64,000 nt of DNA, from contig CAZQQT010000007.1 of the NCBI GenBank assembly GCA_964595645.1, positions 1-64,000 of the forward strand. Reading direction: 5' to 3'. Below, one piece after another: positions 21,217 through 30,766 of this stretch. The translations under genes were made by a program, and so were the position numbers. The DNA comes from an uncultured Thermococci archaeon. Lineage in GTDB: Archaea; Methanobacteriota_B; Thermococci; Methanofastidiosales; B48-G16. The notes beneath the pieces are model-generated. The model had not been told where the DNA came from. It saw only the letters and a list, made by a program, of their open reading frames with translations, and made no database searches. Each line of letters begins with the position of its first letter. The stretch's first letter is position 1.

Positions 21217-22518
21217 TCAATCACCGATGTACACGTGTTGGCCGTTTCTCCTCACAAATATGTCCTCCTCTATTCTGTACCCTTCCTCTTCCGCCATCTC
21301 TGCCCAAGCTACCAGCATGGTGTACTGACCGTGGGCGGGAACAACGTTCTCTGGATTCACAATGCGCAAAAGTTCCCTGAGATCCTCTTTAGAGGCGTGG
21401 CCTGAAACGTGGACATTCTTCATCATCCGTACACCCTGCATCTTCAGCTTTGTTTCAAGCTTGTATCTGTTTGCCCGGTTAATTGGGTTGGGAATTGTCG
21501 ATGTTGAAAATAAGACAGTATCCTCCTTGTCAAGCCGGAGAGACGTGTCTTTGTCCGCAATCCGAGAGAGCATAGCCTCCGGTTCTCCCTGGGATCCCGT
21601 GACGATTACAAGGTACTTCTCCTTGTTCTTATTTACTTTTTTGAGATTTCTCTGAACAGGATCCCATCTTCTCACCATTTTTGGCTGGTTGTCCACAATA
21701 CCGAGCTCCAGTGCCTTACCGTAGTACTTACACAGCGATCGTCCGATGAGAATCGGCGTTCTTCCCATTTTCTCCGCCGCTTCCAACAGCGTCTTCAACC
21801 GTGCGATATGGGACGCGAAGCTCGTGGCAACGATTCCATCCTTCCTGTCGTACTCATCGAGCAGGAAGTCCTGGAGCATGATCTTCGCCACCTTCTCCGA
21901 CGGCGTCTTTGTGCCTTCTGGTGCCCGGGTAGAATCGGCGATCATTACCTTGGGGTTCAGGTTACTTAATCGTTTGAAGTCCGGTTTCTCCCCTATTGTT
22001 GGATGCATATCCAGTTTAAAATCGCTGGTGTAGAGTATTGTTCCTTCAGGGGAATGTAATGCTGTAAAATTTGATTCAGGGATGGAATGTGTGGAATTGA
22101 TAAACTCGATCTCGTATTCACCCATTTTGATCCCTTTGTCAATAGTAACGAGCTCATTTTCTCGTTTGGATACAGGCTCCTCACTGATCAGTGAAGATAC
22201 AAGACTCATGGTATACTTCGTCCCGACAATCGGACATCGGTAGTTGTGCGCCATCTTCGGTACCGCACCAATATGATCTAAATGGCCATGGGAAAGAATA
22301 ATTGCCTTTACATTTTTTCCCTTTAGCGCCCGATCGTTTGGAATGGCACCGAGCTTTCGTAGACCCTGAGGACTCATGTTCTGCAGGTTCGTGTCCTCAT
22401 GGATCATTACTCTGTCAAGCTTGATACCCATATCAAAGATAAATACGTCATTATCAACCTCAACAGCAGTCATATTATTTCCTATTTCTTCGTATCCTCC
22501 AATCGTATAAATTTTCAT
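21217..22518 (-). CDS. rnj: Ribonuclease J (archaeal)
   Basis: GGYEEIG, SHGHLDH, HSIPE, HVSGHA, PAHG; adjacent to fni as is usual in Euryarchaeota. Confidence 0.92.
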   Translation of the reverse strand: MKIYTIGGYEEIGNNMTAVEVDNDVFIFDMGIKLDRVMIHEDTNLQNMSPQGLRKLGAIPNDRALKGKNVKAIILSHGHLDHIGAVPKMAHNYRCPIVGTKYTMSLVSSLISEEPVSKRENELVTIDKGIKMGEYEIEFINSTHSIPESNFTALHSPEGTILYTSDFKLDMHPTIGEKPDFKRLSNLNPKVMIADSTRAPEGTKTPSEKVAKIMLQDFLLDEYDRKDGIVATSFASHIARLKTLLEAAEKMGRTPILIGRSLCKYYGKALELGIVDNQPKMVRRWDPVQRNLKKVNKNKEKYLVIVTGSQGEPEAMLSRIADKDTSLRLDKEDTVLFSTSTIPNPINRANRYKLETKLKMQGVRMMKNVHVSGHASKEDLRELLRIVNPENVVPAHGQYTMLVAWAEMAEEEGYRIEEDIFVRRNGQHVYIGD

Positions 22519-22522
22519 ATAA

Positions 22523-23599
22523 TCATCTCGTAATAAATTCTTCTAACTGTTTTTCATATCCTCGTATACTCAAAATTTCTCTCGTTTTTCCTTTTACTAT
22601 AATTTTTGATTTTTTTAACTTTTCTATACTGTCACAGGCCACCAAAAACATCGTCTTTCTAAATTCAGTGAGAATGTCACGGATGGTGGACTCAAGATCA
22701 CTGTAATTCTCTGCCGTTGTAAGAACGGGATGTGCAATTCCACAACAGTCCGCACCCAGTGCGATGGACTTTGCCATATCGATCCCGGTCCGTACACCGC
22801 CGGTGGCTATCAGCGTTTCTGTATACGGTCGTGTTTCCACAATGCTCTGTACCGTGGGGATTCCCCAATCCCAGAACAACGCCGCTGTCTTTTTTTGTGC
22901 ATCCTCAACTCGATAGTACTCCACAGCGCTAAAAGATGTTCCACCAAGTCCCCCAACATCGATACCATCCATGAATTGAAGATTTTCCGCTGTCTCCTTT
23001 GAGATTCCCGCACCTGTTTCTTTGGCAACTACGGGGAACTCTAAAGATTTTTTCAGAGATTGAAGCGTTTCAATTCCATTTTTAAAGTTGGTATCACCTT
23101 CGGGCTGCACAATCTCCTGAAGAGCATTTAGATGCACGGCTAACACATCCGCCTCAATGGCATCAACAGCATTTCTTGCCTCTTCTTCTGTGTAGCCAAG
23201 GATAAACTGCGGCAGTCCAAGGTTGCCGAGAAGAAGAATCTCTCCGGCGTCCTCCCTTGTCACGTAGGTATCTGCCAAGGAAGGATCCTCTATCATTGGT
23301 CTCTGACTTCCGACACCCATGCCAATATTAAATTTTTTACATGCTTTCGCAATATTTCTATTTATTTTTCGTGCCCTCTCGGTGCCTCCGGTAATTGCTG
23401 AGATAATAAGAGGATAATCGAGGCGTTTTCCAAAAAGTGTGATTTTCGTATCAATTTCCTCAAAATTCACTTCCGGAAGGGCAAGGTGAATAAAATCCAC
23501 ATTTTCAAATCCTGTTGTCTTAAAACTCTGCACATTTTCATTTAAAGAGTAATTAATGTGTTCATTTTTTCTCTTTTTCGTTTCTCTTGCGTCTGTCAT
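22523..23599 (-). CDS. fni: Type 2 isopentenyl-diphosphate delta-isomerase
   Basis: RKNEHI, TGG, GVGSQR, HLNALQE..QPEGD, KETGAG. Confidence 0.95.
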   Translation of the reverse strand: MTDARETKKRKNEHINYSLNENVQSFKTTGFENVDFIHLALPEVNFEEIDTKITLFGKRLDYPLIISAITGGTERARKINRNIAKACKKFNIGMGVGSQRPMIEDPSLADTYVTREDAGEILLLGNLGLPQFILGYTEEEARNAVDAIEADVLAVHLNALQEIVQPEGDTNFKNGIETLQSLKKSLEFPVVAKETGAGISKETAENLQFMDGIDVGGLGGTSFSAVEYYRVEDAQKKTAALFWDWGIPTVQSIVETRPYTETLIATGGVRTGIDMAKSIALGADCCGIAHPVLTTAENYSDLESTIRDILTEFRKTMFLVACDSIEKLKKSKIIVKGKTREILSIRGYEKQLEEFITR

Positions 23600-23607
23600 C
23601 GGATCAC

Positions 23608-24099
23608 CTACACATCAAACTCCCAGAACTCATCCCCCGCGTAGTGTACCGTCTTTACTACCTTTCCTTCTTCTTTACCGGAAATTTTCCCACTCCCCAT
23701 TAACGCAACGCCGATACTCAGGATCTTTCCATGTTCTTCATCCCCCACAAACACAAACTCATCACTTTCGAACTCACCGATCTCCACGATACCCGGTGCC
23801 ATCACATCGGCTCCATTTGCGATATGTGGAACAGCCCCCATGTCAACAATCACGTAGTTTGTAAAGTCCTTGATGCTCTTTTCTGTGAACATCTTGAGAG
23901 AAGGAATGATTGTAGCGTCCTGAATCCAAAATTGTGGCGAACGATCCACGAGTATTACCTCATCTCCACCGGTAAGTTTACACGTTTCATACTCGCCGTC
24001 TGGTACGAGATCCTCTGTAAAATTCTCTTTAATGTAGTTTTTTATTTTTCTGATATCTCTTTTTCGTAATGAATGTCTTTTCTTTATTTTCCACTTCAT
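23608..24099 (-). CDS. PUA-domain RNA-binding protein (DUF1947+PUA)
   Basis: [25 protein letters not shown]. Confidence 0.9.
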   Translation of the reverse strand: MKWKIKKRHSLRKRDIRKIKNYIKENFTEDLVPDGEYETCKLTGGDEVILVDRSPQFWIQDATIIPSLKMFTEKSIKDFTNYVIVDMGAVPHIANGADVMAPGIVEIGEFESDEFVFVGDEEHGKILSIGVALMGSGKISGKEEGKVVKTVHYAGDEFWEFDV

Positions 24100-24176
24100 T
24101 CAATGCTCCTCTTCCACAGATTGATTTTCCGATAACTTTAAATATCCTTTGGTACATGAGTGGCAAAGGTGTTCAA

Positions 24177-24404
24177 ATGGCAGAAAAACCACTTGATATT
24201 ATACATAGATCGTTGGACGAAGCAGTGTTAATAGAGTTAAAGGGAGGAAGGAACTTTAGAGGAACACTGAAGGGCTATGACACCCACATGAATCTCGTAC
24301 TTCACAAAGCAGAAGAACTTCACGATGGAGAGGTAGTACGGAACTTTGAGTATGTCGTGATTAGAGGCGACAGTGTAGTATTTGTCTCTCCAAACATAAG
24401 GTGA
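24177..24404 (+). CDS. Sm/Lsm-like protein (SmAP1)
   Basis: [14 protein letters not shown] (Sm1) and IRGDSV (Sm2); ATG at 24177. Confidence 0.95.
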   Translation: MAEKPLDIIHRSLDEAVLIELKGGRNFRGTLKGYDTHMNLVLHKAEELHDGEVVRNFEYVVIRGDSVVFVSPNIR

Positions 24405-24408
24405 GAGG

Positions 24409-24576
24409 ATGAGTAAAGGCACAACATCGCAGGGAAAACGAAACAGAAAAACACATATTACCTGCAGGAGATGCGGTAACCATTCCTACAATGTGAAGAA
24501 GGGATACTGTGCCTCCTGCGGCTACGGAAAATCTTCAAAACGGAGAAAGTACAACTGGGCGAAGAGAGGGACATGA
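24409..24576 (+). CDS. rpl37e: 50S ribosomal protein L37e (55 aa, missed by the ORF track)
   Basis: [23 protein letters not shown]...CASCGYG; follows the Sm gene. Confidence 0.96.
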   Translation: MSKGTTSQGKRNRKTHITCRRCGNHSYNVKKGYCASCGYGKSSKRRKYNWAKRGT

Positions 24577-25361
24577 AGGTAATCGTTGTATCGAAGAAGG
24601 ATATCGCTTCGTTGAATATCTTCTCGCATCTCTTACCGTATGGGTACCAAGAAATTTCTGAAGGGTATTACAGGAATAATGACGCAATTATAAAGATAAT
24701 TGATGGAGAATCGATATACACTGATTTCATTGGGGGTATGGTTGAAAAGGATCTCGGTATAGATGCCGATTCCATCATTTTTGCATCGAGACACTCCTCT
24801 GAAAAGGGCATCCCCTCCCTCACTGCACACACACCGGGGAACTTTGGAACGGCTGAGTACGGAGGAAGAGACGGGGAGCTCTGCCCTTCAATGCCTGAAG
24901 CAAACAAAAAGGCAATACAGATCATGGAGGAACGTTCCTCCGGGAGGTACACGGTCTCCATGGAAGCCACCCACCACGGTCCGCTCACAACAGTGCCGTC
25001 GGTATTCGTTGAAATAGGGAGTGCAAAGGAAAACTGGAGAGATGAGAGGGCCGGAGAGATACTGGCAGAGGTCGTTCAATCACTTCTCGATCTCGGGTCG
25101 AAAAAAAAGGCTGTGGGTATCGGTGGAACGCATTACTGCCCAAAATTTACCAAGGTGGCGTTACATACTGATATCGCCGTCGGTCATGTCATTCCTAAAT
25201 ACATAACAATAACAGAAACAACAGTAAAAAAGGCCATAGAAAAAAATTCGGGAACGGATCTCGTGGTAATGGACTGGAAAGGCACGCCAAAGCGATCTAC
25301 AGTAAGAGAAATGGTAGAAGATCTTGGATACGACGTTGTAAAGGCCAAGGACCTACTTTAG
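24573..25361 (+). CDS. dtdA: D-aminoacyl-tRNA deacylase (DTD2)
   Basis: [29 protein letters not shown]. Confidence 0.93.
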   Translation: MKVIVVSKKDIASLNIFSHLLPYGYQEISEGYYRNNDAIIKIIDGESIYTDFIGGMVEKDLGIDADSIIFASRHSSEKGIPSLTAHTPGNFGTAEYGGRDGELCPSMPEANKKAIQIMEERSSGRYTVSMEATHHGPLTTVPSVFVEIGSAKENWRDERAGEILAEVVQSLLDLGSKKKAVGIGGTHYCPKFTKVALHTDIAVGHVIPKYITITETTVKKAIEKNSGTDLVVMDWKGTPKRSTVREMVEDLGYDVVKAKDLL

Positions 25362-25910
25362 CTTTGCAAAAGCGATGAGTGCAAGTAACCCCGCTACAAC
25401 AGCAATGCCGTAGGGGGTAAGATTCTTCTCATTATCCGTCGATTTCCACATGCCTCTGTTCTCTTGTTTGGCCTCTTTTTCAAGCTGTACAAACTCTTCT
25501 TTGTATTTAAACGAAAATTCCGGTGTGGCGCGGGCGTAACCCTCTTCAACCATCGTTCGGTTGATCATCTCATCGCCGACATATACGTATGCCAAAATAC
25601 GTCCATACTCATCGCGTCTTTCCCAGTCGTATGCAAGAGAAATTTCTTCATGGAGTACTTTGTTCTCTAAATAGAGCTTTGCCTTTACTGCCCACTCGTA
25701 GAGATGATCCTCATTTAATCCTCCAAATTCAGCTGGATCTGTAACCGAAGAGCACTCTGGAGCATCGATACCAATGAGTCGTACCTTCTCCCCATTGTCC
25801 AAGAGAAGTGTATCCCCATCGAACACCATCTCTACCTCCTCGGACAGCCCCGATGGTATCAGAAACAGTATCACCACAATAACCCACGCCTTTTTCATGA
25901 GTTTTTTCAC
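25353..25910 (-). CDS. Membrane-anchored thermonuclease (SNase family)
   Basis: DGDT, VRLIGIDAPE, DEYGRILAYV, RGMW; signal peptide and C-terminal TM. Confidence 0.92.
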   Translation of the reverse strand: MKKLMKKAWVIVVILFLIPSGLSEEVEMVFDGDTLLLDNGEKVRLIGIDAPECSSVTDPAEFGGLNEDHLYEWAVKAKLYLENKVLHEEISLAYDWERRDEYGRILAYVYVGDEMINRTMVEEGYARATPEFSFKYKEEFVQLEKEAKQENRGMWKSTDNEKNLTPYGIAVVAGLLALIAFAKLK

Positions 25911-26040
25911 ATATCTATGTTTATAAATGTTTTGAATCTCTTCTCATATGAATTTTTTTCTGGTTCTACTCCAATCACCGAAACGTTTATAAATCCCTTA
26001 GATCACCAAGGTGTTTGACAAACGTAAAGTTGACCTAGCC

Positions 26041-26062
26041 TTTAAATATAACGGCGTTATAT
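26041..26062 (+). promoter_or_regulatory. TATA box overlapped by a perfect 17-bp palindrome upstream of the aconitase-cit operon
   Basis: TTTAAATA at 26041-26048; ATATAACG-G-CGTTATAT at 26046-26062. Confidence 0.5.
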
Positions 26063-26092
26063 ATAATAACACAACGTCAAAAAGGTGAGTTT

Positions 26093-28036
26093 ATGGGGAA
26101 AAACATCGTAGAAAAAATTTTAGAAAACCATGCTGTTGATGGAGAAACAAAAAAGGGAGAGGAAATTGGAATAAAAATAGATCAAACACTGACACAAGAT
26201 GCTACGGGAACAATGGCATATCTCCAGTTTGAAACACTCGGATTTTCCGAAGTGAAAACAGAGCTCTCGGTGAGCTATATCGATCATAACACAACGCAGA
26301 TAGGGTTTGAGAACTTTGACGATCATAAATACCTCAAGAGTGTTGCAAAAAAGTATGGAATCGTACTTTCCAGGCCTGGAAATGGCATCTGCCACCAGGT
26401 GCATCTGGAACGGTTTGCCCGACCCGGAAAGACACTCATCGGGAGTGACAGCCACACTCCCACCGCCGGTGGGATAGGAAGCCTGGCCATCGGTGCGGGA
26501 GGACTGGACGTTGCTGTGGCAATGGGAGGGGGTCCATTCTACATCGCGTATCCAAAAATCGTGAAGGTAACTCTCCGAGGAGAGCTCCAGCCATGGATCT
26601 CCGCCAAAGATGTCGTACTTACAGTGCTTGAAAAACTTGGTACAAAGGGAAATGTGGGCTGCATTCTCGAGTATGGAGGGGACGGTGTAAAAACGCTCAC
26701 GGTACCGGAGAGAGCCACTATCACAAACATGGGGGCAGAGACAGGAGTGACCACCTCTATATTCCCCAGCGATGAAATTACACGAGAGTTCATGAAAGCA
26801 CAGGGGAGAGAGGATCAATGGACAGAACTCACAGCGGATCCCGATGCAGAGTACGATGAGGAAATCGAGATAGATCTGAGTGCGGTGGAACCAATGGTCG
26901 CATGTCCCCACAGTCCTGGAAACGTGAAACGTGTGAAAGATATTGCGGGGATGAAGATCGATCAGGTAGCAATCGGTTCGTGCACAAATTCATCGCTTCA
27001 AGATCTTGAAACGGTCGCAGCAATTCTAAAGGGAAAAACAGCCCATGAGGGAATTGAGTTCGGTGTAGCACCGGGATCCAGACAGGTATTAGAGATGATC
27101 AGCGAATCAGGAGCACTGGAAGAGCTCATCAAAAGCGGTGCCAGAATTCTCGAGAGCACCTGTGGATTCTGTATAGGAAACTGTTTTGCTCCCGGTACTG
27201 ACTGCGTCTCCCTGCGAACAAACAACAGGAACTTCAAAGGACGATCCGGGACGGAAAGTGCACAGGTATACCTTGTATCGCCTGAGACTGCTGCTGCAGG
27301 AGTGATCACTGGAGAACTCACCGATCCCCGAAATTTAGGGATGAACTACCCGAAAAACACGCTTCCGGAAACATTCCTGATAGATGACTCGATGTTTATC
27401 TTCCCGCTTTCAAAAGAGGCACGGAAAGATGTGGAGATATTCAGGGGGCCAAATATCAAGCCTGCACCTAAAAATACCCCTCTGCCTTCAGCCATCAGTG
27501 GAGAAGTGATGATAAAGGTGGAAAACAAAATCACCACGGATCACATCATGCCCGCAGGATCCCGGATGAAGTACCGATCCAACGTACCGAAGTACGCGGA
27601 GTACGTCTTCGAGAACATTGATTCCACCTTCCCGGAGAAATGTCTGAAAAACAAGAAAGACGGCGTCCACAATATTATCGTCGCCGGTGAAAGCTATGGT
27701 CAAGGATCTTCAAGGGAACACGCCGCACTCTGCCCGATGTACCTCGGTGTGAAGGTGGTACTCGCCAAGTCTATTGAGCGGATCCACAACGCGAATCTCG
27801 TAAACTTCGGAATTCTTCCACTCGCGTTCAAGAACAATGAAGAGTATAACGGGATAGATCAAAACGATGCCCTTGAGATGCCAAATGTGATAGAGGAAAT
27901 AAAAAGCGGAAAGGATGTCACAGTACGGAATACAACGAAAAATAAAGAGTTTAAGGTGACATACCACCTCTCTGACAGAGAGAAGGAAATATTATTTGCT
28001 GGAGGGCTTCTTCCCCTCACAGCACAAAATAAGTGA
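26093..28036 (+). CDS. acn: Aconitate hydratase
   Basis: QDATG, DHN, GICHQ, DSHT, GSCTN, CGFCIG, TTDHI, GSSREHA; single-chain, 647 aa. Confidence 0.92.
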   Translation: MGKNIVEKILENHAVDGETKKGEEIGIKIDQTLTQDATGTMAYLQFETLGFSEVKTELSVSYIDHNTTQIGFENFDDHKYLKSVAKKYGIVLSRPGNGICHQVHLERFARPGKTLIGSDSHTPTAGGIGSLAIGAGGLDVAVAMGGGPFYIAYPKIVKVTLRGELQPWISAKDVVLTVLEKLGTKGNVGCILEYGGDGVKTLTVPERATITNMGAETGVTTSIFPSDEITREFMKAQGREDQWTELTADPDAEYDEEIEIDLSAVEPMVACPHSPGNVKRVKDIAGMKIDQVAIGSCTNSSLQDLETVAAILKGKTAHEGIEFGVAPGSRQVLEMISESGALEELIKSGARILESTCGFCIGNCFAPGTDCVSLRTNNRNFKGRSGTESAQVYLVSPETAAAGVITGELTDPRNLGMNYPKNTLPETFLIDDSMFIFPLSKEARKDVEIFRGPNIKPAPKNTPLPSAISGEVMIKVENKITTDHIMPAGSRMKYRSNVPKYAEYVFENIDSTFPEKCLKNKKDGVHNIIVAGESYGQGSSREHAALCPMYLGVKVVLAKSIERIHNANLVNFGILPLAFKNNEEYNGIDQNDALEMPNVIEEIKSGKDVTVRNTTKNKEFKVTYHLSDREKEILFAGGLLPLTAQNK

Positions 28037-28047
28037 AGGAGAATCCC

Positions 28048-28323
28048 ATGACAAAAAAAATTGTAAAAGAAGGAGTGGCCGGCACAGACAACAAGATGGA
28101 TCTCATCGTCCGTATATATCCCGGAGAGGGAATCGATATCGACGTAGAGGGCAAGGATGTAGCAATTTTTGGTGATGACATACGCACTGTGGCTGCGACA
28201 ACCCTACAAAAAATAGGCATTGAAGACGCCACAGTGAAGATTGCACAGCAAAGACCGCTTGATTTTGTTATCAGAGCACGAATAAAGGCCGCAGCTCGAC
28301 GGGCTAGGGGGGTGGAAAAATGA
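28048..28323 (+). CDS. citD: Citrate lyase acyl-carrier (gamma) subunit homolog lacking the attachment serine
   Basis: AGT..D..V.I.P, FG..I, LD.VIRARI.AA..RA; directly upstream of citE. Confidence 0.8.
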   Translation: MTKKIVKEGVAGTDNKMDLIVRIYPGEGIDIDVEGKDVAIFGDDIRTVAATTLQKIGIEDATVKIAQQRPLDFVIRARIKAAARRARGVEK

Positions 28324-29213
28324 AACTCCGACGCAGTCGTCTGTACGTGCCTGGAAACAACCCCTCCATGTTGGTGAACAGCAGTGTATCAGACGCAGAT
28401 GTTGTGACATTCGACCTCGAAGACGCGGTAGCTCCACGGGACAAACTGCCAGCTCGTGTATTGGTAGGTGAGATCCTCCGGGATGAACAGATCGATTTGG
28501 GAACCTCCGAGATCACCGTGAGGATAAATCCCCTCTCCACACCCTACGGAGAAAAGGACATAGAGGAGATCGTCTGCAAAAGACTCGACGGTATCTACCT
28601 GCCCAAAACAGAGGATCCAAAAGACGTAGAGAAAGTAGATACAATACTCACAAAATTAGAGAAAAAAATGGGGCTTGAAAATGGCAAAATCCATATATTT
28701 GCGCTTATAGAGACAGCGAGAGGCGTATTCAACGCACAGGAAATCGCAACAGCTTCACCACGGATCGAGGGCATTACTATTGGTGGCGAAGACCTCACCG
28801 CGGATCTTGGAGGGGAGAGAACATCGGACGGCTCCACAATTTTTACCGCACGACAGCTGATCCTTCTCACAGCAAAGGCTGCAGGAGTCCAAGCAATGGA
28901 CACCGTATACGCCGATATTGATGACATGGATGGCCTTTATGAAGAAGCAGTGAAGGTGCGAAAAATGGGCTACGATGGAAAGGCAGCAATTCATCCCTCG
29001 CAGATAGAGGTAATTCACAGAGCATTCACCCCATCAGAAGAAGAGATTGCGTACGCTCGGAAAGTAATATCAGCATTGAAGGAGGCTGAAGCCTCCGGGT
29101 CCGGCGTGGCATCTGTGGGAAACAAAATGATAGACAAGCCCATCGCAACACGAGCAAAGAGAATACTTGCCAGGGCGTCAGCCGCTGGACTAATAGAGGA
29201 GGAAGAACTATGA
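28320..29213 (+). CDS. citE: Citryl-CoA lyase (citrate lyase beta subunit)
   Basis: RRSRLYVPGN, DLEDAV, VRIN, IETARG, GK..IHPSQI, MIDKP. Confidence 0.93.
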   Translation: MKLRRSRLYVPGNNPSMLVNSSVSDADVVTFDLEDAVAPRDKLPARVLVGEILRDEQIDLGTSEITVRINPLSTPYGEKDIEEIVCKRLDGIYLPKTEDPKDVEKVDTILTKLEKKMGLENGKIHIFALIETARGVFNAQEIATASPRIEGITIGGEDLTADLGGERTSDGSTIFTARQLILLTAKAAGVQAMDTVYADIDDMDGLYEEAVKVRKMGYDGKAAIHPSQIEVIHRAFTPSEEEIAYARKVISALKEAEASGSGVASVGNKMIDKPIATRAKRILARASAAGLIEEEEL

Positions 29214-30763
29214 GATGGATAGAGAATAATGTCGGAAGAAAGATACCCTCTGAGATAAACGGTGAAAAACTGCGACCGTATCGGGGACCATTTGCAACCC
29301 CACCAATGAAAGAGAGGAGACATAGCCCCAGACTGTATCCTTCACCTCCTGATCGAAAAAAGGTGATCGCTTCTCTCGAGGAAGCAATAAAGAAGGTTGG
29401 ATTGACAGATGGGATGACCATCTCGTTCCACCACCATTTCAGGAATGGAGACATGGTCATGAATATGGTGCTTGAAACCATCGAAAAAATGGGCATCAAA
29501 AATATCACCATTGCGCCCTCATCACTCTTCCCCTGTCAGGAGGATGTACTCCTCAGATGCCTAAAAAACGGTGTGGTGAGCCATATTGAAGGAGGGAGTG
29601 CTAGGGGGAAGATCGGAGAGTACATCTCTCACGGGGACATGGAGAGACCCGTAAAAATACGAAGCCACGGTGGGCGTGTGAGGGCAATTGAGTCAGGAGA
29701 ACTGCCAATAGATGTTGCATTCGTCGGTGCACCGACTGCCGATACTATGGGGAATCTCACAGGCCTGTACGGCCCCTCCGCCTGCGGACCGCTGGGATAC
29801 GCAGTGGCAGATGCCATGTACGCGGACAGAACGATCGCTATCACCGACAACGTAGTGCCATTCCCGCTTGATCGGCACCCAGTGTCAATGGAGTACGTGG
29901 ACTACGTGGTACAGGTTGACAAAATAGGTAATCCTGAGGATATTGTGTTTGGTGCATTGAGAATCACCTCATCGCCGAGACGACGGAAGATCGCAAAGGA
30001 TGCCGTGCAGCTGACCCATGAGCTCGGCTATGTGAAGGATGGTTTCACATTTCAGGCCGGTGCTGGTGGTATCTCATTAGCTTTCGTCGATTTCCTGGGC
30101 AATCTAATGAGAGAGAAGGAAATAAAAGCGAAATGGGCAATGGGCGGTACAACAAAATATCTCGTCTCTCTATTAAGAGAGGGACTTGTAGACTGCCTCA
30201 CCACAGGACAGGCTTTCGATTTGGAAGCAATCGAGTCCATGAGAACGGATAAGAATCACCTTGAAATCTCCATAGGACAGTATGCGAATCCCCACACCAA
30301 AGGGACACTGGTGGATCTGCTCGACGTAGCGGTCCTCGGTGCCACGGAGGTCGATGTGAACTTCAATGTGAATACCGTTACCTACTCCTCCGGAATGCTC
30401 GCCGGACCGATAGGAGGACATGCCGATGTCGCCGCCGGATCGGACCTGACGATTATCACAGTCCCATTAATCCGCACCCGATTCCCGGCAATCGTGGACG
30501 ATGTCACGACGGTAGTGACACCGGGAGAGACGGTGGATGTGGTGGCAACGGAGAAGGGTATCGCCATCAATCCGAAGAGAGATGATCTAATCGATGCACT
30601 CAAGAAAACAGATTTAGTGATAAAAAACATTGAAGATCTCAAAAATGAAGCCTATAAACTTACAGGCGGCAAAAAATCCCCGAGATGGGGTGAAAACGTG
30701 GCCGCCCTTATCGAGTATAGAGATGGAACAATTATTGATACTGTACGAGAAGTAACAATATGA
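29210..30763 (+). CDS. citF: Citrate CoA-transferase (citrate lyase alpha subunit)
   Basis: DGMTISFHHHFRNGD, SHGGR, FQAGAGG, GGHAD, EYRDGTIID. Confidence 0.95.
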   Translation: MRWIENNVGRKIPSEINGEKLRPYRGPFATPPMKERRHSPRLYPSPPDRKKVIASLEEAIKKVGLTDGMTISFHHHFRNGDMVMNMVLETIEKMGIKNITIAPSSLFPCQEDVLLRCLKNGVVSHIEGGSARGKIGEYISHGDMERPVKIRSHGGRVRAIESGELPIDVAFVGAPTADTMGNLTGLYGPSACGPLGYAVADAMYADRTIAITDNVVPFPLDRHPVSMEYVDYVVQVDKIGNPEDIVFGALRITSSPRRRKIAKDAVQLTHELGYVKDGFTFQAGAGGISLAFVDFLGNLMREKEIKAKWAMGGTTKYLVSLLREGLVDCLTTGQAFDLEAIESMRTDKNHLEISIGQYANPHTKGTLVDLLDVAVLGATEVDVNFNVNTVTYSSGMLAGPIGGHADVAAGSDLTIITVPLIRTRFPAIVDDVTTVVTPGETVDVVATEKGIAINPKRDDLIDALKKTDLVIKNIEDLKNEAYKLTGGKKSPRWGENVAALIEYRDGTIIDTVREVTI

Positions 30764-30766
30764 GGT

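Noticed and set aside
21217-24576. rnj-fni and Sm-rpl37e gene pairs
   Set aside because: Well-known conserved archaeal neighbourhoods, not novel.
28078-28101. NKM in CitD as a biotinylation-like (MKM) lysine
   Set aside because: Only a two-residue match, and CitD is not a biotinyl/lipoyl domain.
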